Positions 49,941 through 61,137 are shown, counted from the stretch's first letter. The stretch is DNA of 64,000 bases from an uncultured Pseudomonadota bacterium (GCA_963843375.1 CAWJKT010000007.1:53683-117682), one strand, 5' to 3'. The notes: generated by a model from the letters alone, not told the origin. Numbers and translations: made by a program.

Positions 49941-50441
49941 TTACCAACGATTTCCAAAACTCTCGCCATCGGGACTCCGACGACCTCCCCCACGGGAGCC
50001 ATCGCCTCTATCTCTGCGGGGCCGATTCCCTGCCCCGAAATCATCCTTGCCGCCGCCAAATCCGCCTTCCCGACGGCCTCCACCGCTATTTCCACCATAA
50101 CCGCCTTCGCGACGGCCGCCACCCCCGCCAAAACCGCCCCCGCCATTGCGGTTACCCCGGAATCCTCCACCCCCTCCGCCCTTGCGGTCTTCCATCGGAC
50201 GGGCTTCGTTAACGACGATATTACGGGAACCCACGCTACTGCCGTTAAATTTCTGGATTGCTGCCTGGGCTTCCGTGTCGGTAGCCATTTCCACAAAGCC
50301 GAAACCCTTTGATCGCCCGGAAATCTTATCCGAAATGACTTTTGCGCTTTCCACTCGTCCACAGGCGGAAAAAAGTTCCTGCAATTGTGCGTCCGTCATC
50401 TCGAATGGAAGGCTCCCAACATATAATCGCTTGCCCATCAC
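49941..50441 (-). CDS. RRM RNA-binding protein with Gly/Arg-rich tail
   Basis: RNP2 LYVGSL, RNP1 KGFGFVEM, VNEARP. Confidence 0.93.
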   Translation of the reverse strand: MMGKRLYVGSLPFEMTDAQLQELFSACGRVESAKVISDKISGRSKGFGFVEMATDTEAQAAIQKFNGSSVGSRNIVVNEARPMEDRKGGGGGGFRGNRNGGGGFGGGGGRREGGYGGNSGGGRREGGFGGGKDDFGAGNRPRRDRGDGSRGGGRRSPDGESFGNRW

Positions 50442-50494
50442 GTCTCCTTATCATTTCAGGTTGCCGAAAATTAGTTTCAAAAGATGGGTGTCGG

Positions 50495-51331
50495 TCAAGC
50501 AACCATCTTTGGATTTAAAAAACCTCGCGAAAAATCATCACTCAAAAACTTCTGGGCGAATTCGTCCATTTCCGCCATTTTGACATAGAACTTCTGGAGA
50601 ATATATTCAGGGTCCATTCCAACCTGATCGCCATAGGGCTTTAGGCTTCTAACTTCCTTGACGGCCAACCGGGTGAATAATTTCCACCAAATTTTTAAAA
50701 TCAATGTCTTGATCGGGCCCGAATGGTCCATCAAGGTTTGAACCCCCAATTTAGTTCCCGCAATATGGCGCGATTCGTCTTTTAACATCAAACGGATCAT
50801 TTCCTTGCCGGTTGGGTCTATCGCTTCTAATTCCAGAGACTTTTGAAAAATAGCCCCTGCCATTGTCTCAGTAAAGTAAGTCGCCAATATCCAACGTTCC
50901 ACGGGCATAGGCCCGCTGGTTGAAAGCCAAACCAACCAATCAAAAGCCTTTTGTTTGGCCGGCGGTGAATTCAGTTTATAAAGATATTTTCTGAATACGA
51001 ATAGGTGCTTTGCTTCATCGCAGCATTGAGTTGAATAATAAGTGACCATTTCGTTGATTTTAAACATGTGGGCAGCTTTGTTCATCAGACGTTGGATAAT
51101 TTCCAACCCTTGCCATTCACCTTCATAAAAATAATGAAGGATATTTATCCATCCTTCTTTTATGTTTCCTAATTCTATTGGTTGGTTCCAATTAATGGCT
51201 CCTTCGGGATCCCAATTTGCGGCAAAGGCCATTCGGGAAAGACCATCCCATGTCTTGGCATTGGCCTTTTCAAGGATTTCGGGCTTGGCTCCTGTGTTAT
51301 TGATCACTACCGCTTCCATAGTTTGTGACAT
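50495..51331 (-). CDS. ferritin-like di-iron carboxylate protein
   Basis: Paired motifs E...DEAKH and E...DESRH. Confidence 0.78.
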   Translation of the reverse strand: MSQTMEAVVINNTGAKPEILEKANAKTWDGLSRMAFAANWDPEGAINWNQPIELGNIKEGWINILHYFYEGEWQGLEIIQRLMNKAAHMFKINEMVTYYSTQCCDEAKHLFVFRKYLYKLNSPPAKQKAFDWLVWLSTSGPMPVERWILATYFTETMAGAIFQKSLELEAIDPTGKEMIRLMLKDESRHIAGTKLGVQTLMDHSGPIKTLILKIWWKLFTRLAVKEVRSLKPYGDQVGMDPEYILQKFYVKMAEMDEFAQKFLSDDFSRGFLNPKMVA

Positions 51332-51855
51332 AAGAACTTAACCTCGCTGTTAATTTTTAACATTACTTAAAACCAATTCCCTATTCTCTTCCAAAACACA
51401 TTCAACTTCTTTAGTTCAACGTCTTAAACCGACACCGTTAATAGACTAAGGAGATTTCAATATCATCCATCTTTATCAATTTTATTTTCTTGATCGCTGG
51501 GGATTTCTGCCGTTTTCGCCTTGATTTCCATCAATGGATAAAGGCCTACGTTTGATACCTCTAGCATTTGAAGATCCCGGTTGTTATCTCCGGAATCCAG
51601 GGATTTCACGGGGGCAACCACCAAATACTTGCAATTTCCCCATTATCATACACCTTTTCCCTTGGCGGATAAACCCTTTCCATGGACCCACTGCGGGGAT
51701 GGGTAACTTCATAGGAAATCTTTGATTTTCCAGCGTCTAGCGCCCATTGGAGTCACCCTCTAAACCGCTAGCGGGCGATCATTGGGGTGATTTTTAACTT
51801 CAAATCGAAATCATCCTTTACATGACTTTTAAGACCGGTCAATTTTACCAGGATT

Positions 51856-52425
51856 TTACTTATTAGGAACCGGGGTTTTGATGGGTTTATCAAACTTCAA
51901 CAAGGATTTCTCGTCCAATGGAGTTTGGGGCAAAATCTGTTCTTCCCCGCGCGCAAAACGATTGTACCGCTGAACAGCATTGAATTTCGCCGTCTGTGCT
52001 TCCGTTTGAAAGAGCCCGCCAACATCAAAGGAAATTCCCCCCCCAATTGCCGTGATCCAAAAGGGGGTATGTTGTTCCGAAGGGGACGTTAATAGCCCTG
52101 TTACTCCCGTTATCACGCCCGCCAAGCCTATTATCTCGAATATCGGTGCTGTCGATGCCGAACTCTCCGAACGTTTTAATAAACGGATCGCTTCATAATC
52201 GTTTAAGGGATTTATCAAGTCCTCGAAATTCTTATCGCTCATCAGAAACTCGCAATCTAATGAATAACACAATCCGCTCAGAGTCGAATAATGTATCTCG
52301 ATGGGTTTTAATTTGGCTGTATCCGGGGTCTTACTAATTAAAGTTACTTGGGCCCCTGATCTAAAAGAAATTCCCATCAAAAGAAATATGAATAAGGAGA
52401 TCAGGGTTCTTTGACTAGTGGTCAC
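51856..52425 (-). CDS. hypothetical exported/membrane protein
   Basis: Signal peptide, two Gly-rich hydrophobic segments, AVQRYN motif. Confidence 0.6.
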   Translation of the reverse strand: MTTSQRTLISLFIFLLMGISFRSGAQVTLISKTPDTAKLKPIEIHYSTLSGLCYSLDCEFLMSDKNFEDLINPLNDYEAIRLLKRSESSASTAPIFEIIGLAGVITGVTGLLTSPSEQHTPFWITAIGGGISFDVGGLFQTEAQTAKFNAVQRYNRFARGEEQILPQTPLDEKSLLKFDKPIKTPVPNK

Positions 52426-52501
52426 GGTTTCTCCTTGCGATCACGGCGCTAGGAGAATAACAAAGATTTACTGGATCGTAAATATCTTGAGAAAAAGCCG
52501 A

Positions 52502-53293
52502 TTACCGCTGGATGACGATTTGGGTGGTCTGCCTTTGGATGAAGTCGCCGTTGAGATCGCTCAAGTTCACCACCACCACGTATAGGCCGCTGGCCAATCC
52601 CGACACGTCCAGATTCGTCTCGTTGGCACCCGGGACTCCCGTCACCGGCTTCTTCACCAATTCTCCCGCTACATCGTACAAGCTCACCGTCAGCGTCAAA
52701 GCCGTCGTCGTCGGATTCACCTTCACCATCGTAGAGCTCACGCCCTTCAGAATGTTCGGAGACGCGTACACCTTGCCATTCGTCACCGGGCTGTTCCCTT
52801 GCTGGACAATCACCGACTTCGTCACCACTTGCTGGCCTCCGCTCCCGTTCGTCCAGTTCACCTCAATCTCATACACCCCGTTCGTCACGATCCCACCGCT
52901 ATCGCTCGTCCCATTCCATACCACCGACGTCCCATTGAACGTGATTGTCACCGAGTTGTTCCCGCCAGGGGTCGGCGTCCCGATATTCGGCGCGATCATT
53001 CCTGTCGACAACGCCACCGACCCCAAGGATTCATTCCCGGGATCATCCGCGTAGCTATACAAATGCTTCACCACTTCGCCCGCCTCGTTGTACACATCCA
53101 CTATCACCTGCGCGATCGAGCGGCTCACCGTCACCGTCTGCGATACGTTCGTCACCGACCCATAGGGGTCCGTGCTCGTCACATTCACGTAATAAGTGCC
53201 ATTGGTCACCGGCGTCCCCGACTGGTTCAGCCCATTCCATGACGCGATGATCTCCCCACCCACTTCCACGTACGTCTTCCCTTCCAGGCTCGT
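52502..53293. repeat. near-identical 3' cassette, copy 1 (copy 2 at 58550-59341)
   Basis: Direct repeat at offset 6048 with scattered, mostly synonymous differences. Confidence 0.95.
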
Positions 53294-56200
53294 AATCGTC
53301 GCCCCTGACAGGCTGAAACTGGTCACTTCCTGGGACATTTCCTCCACCGATATCTCGTCCACCAGTTCTCCCGCCGCGTTGTACACCGCCACTTGCACCT
53401 TATAAAGCGACGCGATCGTGATGTTCACCGACGCCTTCTGCGGCACCGGGTTGCCCGCGTAGGTCAATTGCGCGTTGTTCGTCAAGACCGTCCCGCCCGC
53501 CAGCAAGTTCCCCACTACCGCCTGGTACGTCAGCGTCACCGCTCCCACCGGCAAGCTGGGGAAAGTCCAGCTCAAGTCATTGCCCACCGCGCTCGTCACT
53601 CCACCCGGCGGCATCAACGCGAAGCCCTTGAACGTCATATTCGCCGGAAGAACGTCCGTCACCGTCACCGAACTGGCCGCCGTTTCCACCACGTTCAGGA
53701 TCAGGCTATAGGTCACCAAGTCTCCCGAATTCGCCACCGTTTCCGAGGCTTTCTTCACGATGCTCACCCCCGGCGTCGGCGTAAAGGTAAAGGTCGGGGT
53801 TGAAGTGTAGGTGAAAGTGTAAGTCGGCGTGAAAGTATAAGTCGCAGTCGGCGTCGAGCTTGCCGTCGCTGTCGCCGTATTCGTGGTCGTATTCGTTGGG
53901 GTGGGCGTGTTCGTCGGCGTCGGGGTATTCGTGAAAGTCCAGGTGGGCGTGAAGGTATGGGTGTTGGTGGAGGTGGACGTGTTGGTGGGCGTATCCGTGG
54001 AAGTAAAGGTATCTGTGGGGGTGGCCGAGGATGTATTGGTCTTCGTGTTCGTGGCGGTATAGGTATTGGTGGCGGTGTTGGTGACCGTTGGGGTGGCCGT
54101 ATTGGTGGTGGTATTAGTCAAGGTCGGCGTGTTCGTCGGTGTGGGTGTATCCGTCAGCGTATAGGTGTTTGTGGGCGTGTTCGACGGCGTCGGCGTGTCG
54201 GTCATCGTCACCGTATTGGTCGCTGTAAAGGTATTGGTGGGGGTTCTAGTCGCGGTCGTCGTATCCGTATTCGTCGGGGTGTTGGTGACCGTGAATGTAT
54301 TCGTCGGCGTTGCCGTCGCCGTGAAAGTGGCCGTGTTTGTCGCAGTAAAGCTGTTCGTCGCCGTATTGCTATTCGTGGGCGTGTTCGATTGCGTCAGCGT
54401 ATCGGTCATCGTGGCCGTATTGGTCGGGGTTCTTGTCGGGGTCATCGTATCCGTGTTCGTCGGGGTGTTGGTGGGTAGCGGGGTATTGGTGGAGGTTGCG
54501 GTAGCGGTATTCGTCGCGCTTGACGTCATCGTGGGAGTGATGACGTTGGTGTTGGTATTGGTGGGGGTAATGGTGGGGGTGTCGGTGAAGGTATTGGTAT
54601 AGGTGACCGTAGAGGTGGTCGTATTCGTGATGGTCTTGGTCGCCGTGCTGGTGAGGGTATTGGAGGGTGTGTTGGAATTAGTCGCCGTGGAAGTGACCGT
54701 GGCAGTCGCGGTGGATAGGGGCGTGGAAGTCGATGTGCTGGTGGGTAGCGGCGTAATGGTCGAGGTGGGGGTAAGGGTTGGCACCGGCACCACCGTCGCC
54801 CCAGTCGTGGCGGTGAAGATGGTTGTAGGTGTGGGGGTAGCCGTTGGGATCAAGGTGAAGGTGTTAGTAGGCGTATTGGTTTGGGTGGGCGTGTTGGTAT
54901 TGGTAATCGTGTTGGTGGGGGTGGAAGTATTGGTGTTGGTATAGGTATTGGTGAGGGTGTTAGTGGGGGTTGAAGTGTCGGTATTCGTGGCGGTTAAGGT
55001 GGGGGTAAAAGAGTCAGTTTTGGTGGGAGTGGAAGTCATGGTGGGGGTGATGATCGCCGTGTTGGTGTTGGTGTCGGTAATCGTCGGGGTATTGGTGATG
55101 GTGGCGGTCGCGGTCGCCGTGTTGGTCGCGGAAGAGGTGGTGGTGCTCGTGGCGGAAGCGGTCGCCGAATTGGTCGCGCTGGCCGTCGAGGTTTTGGTGC
55201 TGGTCGTGCTGTTGGTGGCGGAGGCGGTGGCCGTGGCAGTGGTGGTGGCGGTCTTGGTGGTGGTGCTCGTCGCCGAAGCGGTAGTGGTCGAGGCGGTGAG
55301 GAAGAGGCGGTGCTTGTCGTGCTGTTGGTAGCGGAGGCGGTGGCCGAGGCCGTGGTGGTGGCGGTCTTGGTGGTGGTGCTGGTTGTACTGCTCGTGGCGG
55401 AGGCGGTGGTCGTGGAAGTTGCCGAAGCCGTTGTCGAAGCGGTAGCCGAGGCGGTGGCACTGGATGTGGTGGTGCTGGTCGTGGTTGAAGTAGTAGTGGC
55501 GGAAGCCGTTTTAGTCGGAGACGGTGAAGGGGTAACTGTAGGGGTTGGAGTGGGTGTATTAGTGAGAGTTTTGGTTGGTGTATTCGTGGGTGTGGGAGTG
55601 GCGCAATTACCCGTAAATTGGAAAGACTGAAAACTTGAATTTTCGCAATTGTTCGAGCTTATTCCCATATATCCGTTCGAGCAACCGCTCCCTGTAAAGG
55701 TCGCCGAGGCGGTCGCCGAACTGAGGCCCGCCTGTGACGTGGCGAGGGAAACAATATATTGGCAACTACCGTTAATGACCACCTGCACCCAAGAGGGACA
55801 GCTGCTGATGGGTGATCCCGCCGGAAGCGTTGCCGTGGCAACTGTTGACGCAGCCGAAGAGGTATTGGAACCCGTGTAAGTCACCCAATACAAGGTGCCT
55901 GTGTTAGAAGATCCGTTGTTAAAAAATTGAAGACCATAGGCGTCGCCTGTGGTGGGACTGTATCCAAAAACCAACCCGCCGAAGTTGCCGCCATTCGTGC
56001 TCGTACACATCGAAACCTGCAGGGTTCCCGGACCGCTTTGAAGCTGGTTGTTCACCAAGAAATTATTGAGTCCATTACAACCCGAACTTAGGGAAACCGA
56101 CCCTCCCGATTCACTATAAGTTCCCTCGCCCGGTGGACTGGTCCCATTCACCCATCCAGCAGGGACAAAGGTTCCGCCGAAACTGGTGGTGACGGAGCAT

Positions 56201-58113
56201 TGTTGGGTCGGATTGCACTCATATTGCCCCACAATGGCCTGCTGCCAGAAACTCGACTTGGCATATTGAGTACCACTCACATTTAATCCCCATTGCAAAC
56301 TGGTGGCGCCGCTCTGGAAATTGTTGCCTAAATTATAGGTTCGGTCGCGATCCGAGGAACCGGAGCCGCTACCCGGGCAGTTCAAAACGCCAGGGGCGCT
56401 GGTATAAATCGCGGGACCGCCATTGTTGGTTCCGCCAGTATTGGTGGTCGGGCCCGAACCATAAGGGTCTACTTGATCCACGTCCCCGTTAGTGCCGGAC
56501 CAACACTCTTCGGCTCCCCCCACGACCGAAAGCTGCGTGTTTGAGGTGGAACAATTCATCCCCAAACAGGACCAGTTCAAGTCGGCGTCGGGAGGGGCGG
56601 CGCCATAAGCGATTTCCCCGTTTTCTTCGATGTGCCAGGCGCTGTTGCCATCGGCTATAGCCACAGCGTCGGTGCTGGTGACCGCGGGGTTGGTGTAAAG
56701 CTCCACCAACGATTCACCCGCACAGCTGCCGCCGGGAGTCACGGAATAGACATATTGTTCTCCGCCTGAACCAGCGGCTGATCCTAATAGTGTCGCGGAG
56801 ATGGGATAACGAATATTGTAAAAAGTATTGGCGTATCCGCCGTAGGTGACTCCCGCCCCTTCTTGCGTTCCCGCAGGCGTAGTCGACCCGTTAAAAGTCA
56901 CTCCCGTGAGAACGGGCGGCGCGCCGTTCGAACCGTAGTCGTATTCGATATAAAGGTAAGCCGTTACCGGCGTCGCGCCAGGGGGGAGTGTGACGGTGAG
57001 GGATTGACCACAGGTGCCACCAGCAACAGTCTCTTGCAGGCCAACGCCCTCAGCCACCAATTGCTGAGTTTGGGAAGCTCCGGGTGCAGGATCTCCTGAG
57101 GAACAAGAAGTGACGGTGACGCCCCCCGGCAATACGCTTGTGGGATTTGATGTTGGAGTTGATGTACCGGCCGGTGTGGCTGTGGGTGAGCCCGGAGTGT
57201 TTGTTTTGGTAGGCGTAGAGGTAATAGTTGGTGTAAGGGTAATGGTTGGTGTGCTCGTGGGTCCGCAACCAGGAAGCTGGGAAGTGGTTCCATTAGTCAC
57301 TCCGCAGCTGCCGACACTGATAGGGCCAACCGTGACTGACTGTCCCTCAGCACCGGTCACGTCAAAATAAAACGGGCCTCCAGTTGAGTTGAGATTACCG
57401 CTGGAAGTTCCCCAATATTCGTCGCCGCCAACTCCATTAGCTCCCAAGACCAGAGCGGTATAAGGGCCTCCGCTAGTGGTACTGTAACCAACGGCGGTTA
57501 TCGGAAATAAACTGTCTAAAAATTGGATCGGATCATAACCATCGCTGCATCCGGATTTCCATTCGTATTCGATATCCCCAGAGGAATCACCGGTCATGAG
57601 ACTCAAGGGACAGGGAACGAAATTCCAAGTAATGTTGGCTGTGCCGGCGGCTGCGCCGTCCGTCAAATCACTCCAGGCCGTCGGCCCCAAGTCCAACTGG
57701 TGAGCTGTTCCGCAACTGGGACAATTATCCACCACCATAACCGTTACGGAATCACCGCTTGCAGCGTCATGGGCCGCGACACAAGCTCCACAAGCTTCGC
57801 CGTTTTGGTAATCCGCGGAAATAATTGCGGCATAAAGATTCGGATCATAACTTCCGGAAGGAAAACCGCAGTTACCTGTTCCAGGGGAAAGCGGACCATA
57901 GGTGGTTGCAATTGAGGTGTAAGTAGTTGGGCCTGCACCGGTTGGACAATAAGAGGAAGAACCCACGACTTGAGCTTGCAAAGCAGAAATGAATCCAAAA
58001 ATCAAAAACAGAAATGATAATGCCAGGCTCGCTTTAGGTCTCCAAGGGCGAGTAGACACAGCAAAGGAAGTCATCTTTTGGTCTAAGTAATTGGTTTTTT
58101 TCTTTTTAGTCAT
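52502..58113 (-). CDS. giant secreted modular protein (~1870 aa): expansin (DPBB plus CBM63-like), unknown beta domains, TxT stalk, DUF11, FlgD-Ig-like domains, CTD; one apparent frameshift near 55300
   Basis: ORFs 55036-58113 and 52502-55039 join inside the repeat. Motifs GNCGF...YAAI...NGEACGACV...[12 protein letters not shown]...LDL, then VTVTDVLP (DUF11), WNG...NGTYYV, and ASGLYVVVV...QIVIQR. Confidence 0.8.
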
Positions 58114-58206
58114 CAGCTTAACCTTCAGACCTTAAAAAACGATTTTAGTTCATTAAAAAAATAACCTTGGCCTCATAGATAAGCGGATTGCACCTTCACA
58201 ATTAAG

Positions 58207-58223
58207 TGCATAAATGATGCCCT
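58207..58223 (-). promoter_or_regulatory. possible sigma54 (-24/-12) promoter
   Basis: Minus strand AGGGCATCATTTATGCA (GG-N10-GC) about 95 nt upstream of the expansin-protein start, in an AT-rich spacer. Confidence 0.3.
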
Positions 58224-58549
58224 TATCCACCCAGACAAAATTGGTAATTAAACTATTAAAAATATAACAGAAATATGACTTAAGTGGTATTTCTATGAAA
58301 AAAGCGGTTTCACATTAAATCAAGCCTTTAGACCAAAAAACTGACAAAGAAAGACAAATTTTCTTCTATTAAAACTACACTACGAGAATATTTGAGGCAA
58401 TTTTATCGAATAGGAATTGAACCTTTTCAGGGTAACGGGATTATTCGGATCACCCCAAAGTCTTTTAATTAAACTTGGAACGAGAGAGAAAAATTAAAAT
58501 CAATTTAAGATCATTTTAGGAACAAATTTTCTAAAACCGGAGAATCGAA

Positions 58550-59341
58550 TTATCTCTGGATAACGATTTGGGTGGTCTGCCTTTGGATGAAGTCGCCGTT
58601 GAGATCGCTCAAGTTCACCACCACCACGTATAGGCCGCTGGCCAATCCCGACACGTCCAGATTCGTCTCGTTGGCACCCGGGACTCCCGTCACCGGCTTC
58701 TTCACCAATTCTCCCGCCACATCGTACAAGCTCACCGTCAGCGTCAAGGCCGTCGTCGTCGGATTCACCTTCACCATCGTAGAGCTCACGCCCTTCAGAA
58801 TGTTCGGAGACGCGTACACCTTGCCGTTCGTCACCGGGCTGTTCCCTTGCTGGACAATCACCGACTTCGTCACCACTTCCTGGCCTCCGCTCCCATTCGT
58901 CCAGTTCACCTCAATCTCATACACCCCGTTCGTCACGATCCCACCGCTATCGCTCGTCCCATTCCATACCACCGACGTCCCATTGAACGTGATCGTCACC
59001 GAGTTGTTCCCGCCAGGGGTCGGCGTCCCGATATTCGGCGCGATCATTCCCGTCGACAACGCCACCGACCCCAAGGATTCGTTCCCGGGATCATCCGCGT
59101 AGCTATACAAATGCTTCACCACTTCACCCGCCTCGTTGTACACATTCACCATCACCTGCGCGATCGAGCGGCTCACCGTCACCGTCTGCGATACGTTCAT
59201 CACGGCCCCATAAGGATCCGTACTAATCACTTGGACGTAATAAACGCCATTACTCACCGGCGTTCCCGCCTGATTCAACCCATTCCATGACGCGATGATC
59301 TCTCCACCCACTTCCACGTATGTCTTCCCTTCCAGACTCGT
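58550..59341. repeat. near-identical 3' cassette, copy 2
   Basis: Matches 52502-53293. Confidence 0.95.
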
Positions 59342-61137
59342 GATGGATGAACTTGATAATGTATAGTTATTAACGGCTTGCGATAATTCTTGAGTTGATA
59401 TTTGACCCACCAATTCTCCGGCGGAGTTATAAACCCCGATCTTCACAGTGTAATCCACCGCCATATTAACGTTCACGGATGTCTTTTTAGGAATAGCTAA
59501 GCCCGCATAGGTCACTTGGGCATTATTGGTTAAAACCGTTCCCTGAGGAACATAACCTGCCACCTGGGCCTGATAGGTAAAGTTGTAGATCCCCACAGGG
59601 AGCGAACCCCAACTCACCGTCAATGTCTTTGTGGCGGCGTTATAAACCGTCGCCCCTCCAGATGGAATAGTCCCAAAACCGACGAAACTCAGATAGGGCG
59701 GAAGCACGTCGCTGACTATCACGTTGTTGGCCGGTCCGGCTGGAACGTTCAAACTGACCGTATAGGTAATGATGTCGTTGACATCGGCCACCGTTTCGGA
59801 AGCCGTCTTGCTGATATCAACATCCGGGGTTGGGGTGAAGGTCATAGTTGGAGTCCATGTGGTTGTGGGGGTGGGTGTGTTGGTAAAGGTATTGGTGGAA
59901 GTCGGGGTGGGGGTACTGGTGAATGTATTCGTGGGTGTAAAGCTATTGGTTGGAGTGGAACTGGCGGTAAAGGTTTTGGTGTTCGTTGGTGTGTTGGTCA
60001 GGGTGTAAGTATTCGTATTCGTGAAAGTCTGGGTGACCGTTAAGGTTTCAGTGTTCGTGACCGTCGCGGTGGGGGTACTCGTCGGTACGGGAGTCGTGGT
60101 ATTAGTCGCGGTGGAGGTTTCAGTAGGGGTGGCCGTGTTGGTGGCGGTATTAGTCGGTGTATAGGTATTGGTGTTCGTCGAAGAAGCCGTATTCGTTGGG
60201 GTATTCGTAGGGCTGGAGGTTGAGGTATTGGTACAAGTTGCCGTTGAAGTATTGCTGTTGGTTGGAGTCGAGGTGGGGGTTTGGGTTGGGACAGGAGTCG
60301 TTGTATTGGTCGCGCTGAATGTCGCGGTCAAGGTAGCCGTATTGGTGGAAGTATTGGTGCCGGTCAAGGTGGCAGTATTCGTTGGAGTACTGGTCAAGGT
60401 GAAAGTGAAAATCGGCGTATTGGTGGAAGTGGGGGTGGGGGTATTAGTAGGCGTATTGGTTTGAGTGTCAGTGGAAGTTGCGGTGGGAGTATTGGTTTCA
60501 CTAGGTGTAGCCGTATTGGTGAAAGTGCTGGTTGGCGTGTTGGTGACCGTTGCCGTTGAAGTCAGGGTGAGAGTGTTCGTCGTCGTGGCCGTAACAGTGG
60601 ATGTCGCGGTGTTAGTGGGCGTACTCGTGTCCGTAGGCGTAATGATGGCCGTATTCGTCGGTGTCAGTGTAATTGTATTGGTAGCCGTATTGTGCGGTGT
60701 TGGTTGGAGTCTTTGTAGCGCTGTTAGTAGCCGTATTCGTCGCGGTTGAGGTTGAGGTATCGGTCGGAGTGTTAGTGGTAGTTGAAGTTGGAGTGGTCGT
60801 AGGCGAATTGGTTGAGGTGTTGGTGGGGCTATTGGTACGGGTTGGGGTTGCGGTATTCGTCGTCGTGGCCGTAACAGTGATGTCGCGGTGTTGGTAGGCG
60901 TGCTCGTATCCGTGGGCGTAATGATGGCCGTATTCGTCGGTGTCAGTGTAATTGTATTGGTAGCCGTATTCGTGGTGGTGTTGGTTGGAGTCGCTGTAGT
61001 GGTGTTAGTAACCGTATTTGGCGCGGTTGAGGTTGCGGTATTGGTCGAAGTATTGGTGGGTGTATTGGTAGTCGTCATGGTTGAGTATTAGTTGTAGTTG
61101 GAGTTGGTGTGGTCGTGGGCGTGTTGGTTGAAGTGTA
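58550..61137 (-). CDS. C-terminal part of a second giant TxT-stalk/DUF11/FlgD-Ig/CTD protein; N-terminus lost at the junction, frameshift errors near 60690-60880
   Basis: Same C-terminal architecture as 52502-58113. The Thr stalk runs up to the abrupt switch to ppx sequence. Confidence 0.8.

Noticed and set aside
49937..50362. Overlapping alternative-frame ORF on the RRM gene
   Set aside because: No recognisable motifs. It is explained by GC-rich Gly codons lacking stops.
52502..59341. Repeat pair as a diversity-generating retroelement TR/VR
   Set aside because: Differences are not adenine-specific and are mostly synonymous, the repeat is much longer than a typical TR, and no reverse transcriptase is present in the window.
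53770..61135. Plus-strand Val/Gly-rich ORFs, and the repeats as a CRISPR array
   Set aside because: These ORFs are antisense shadows of Thr/Pro codons. There is no constant repeat with unique spacers and no cas genes.
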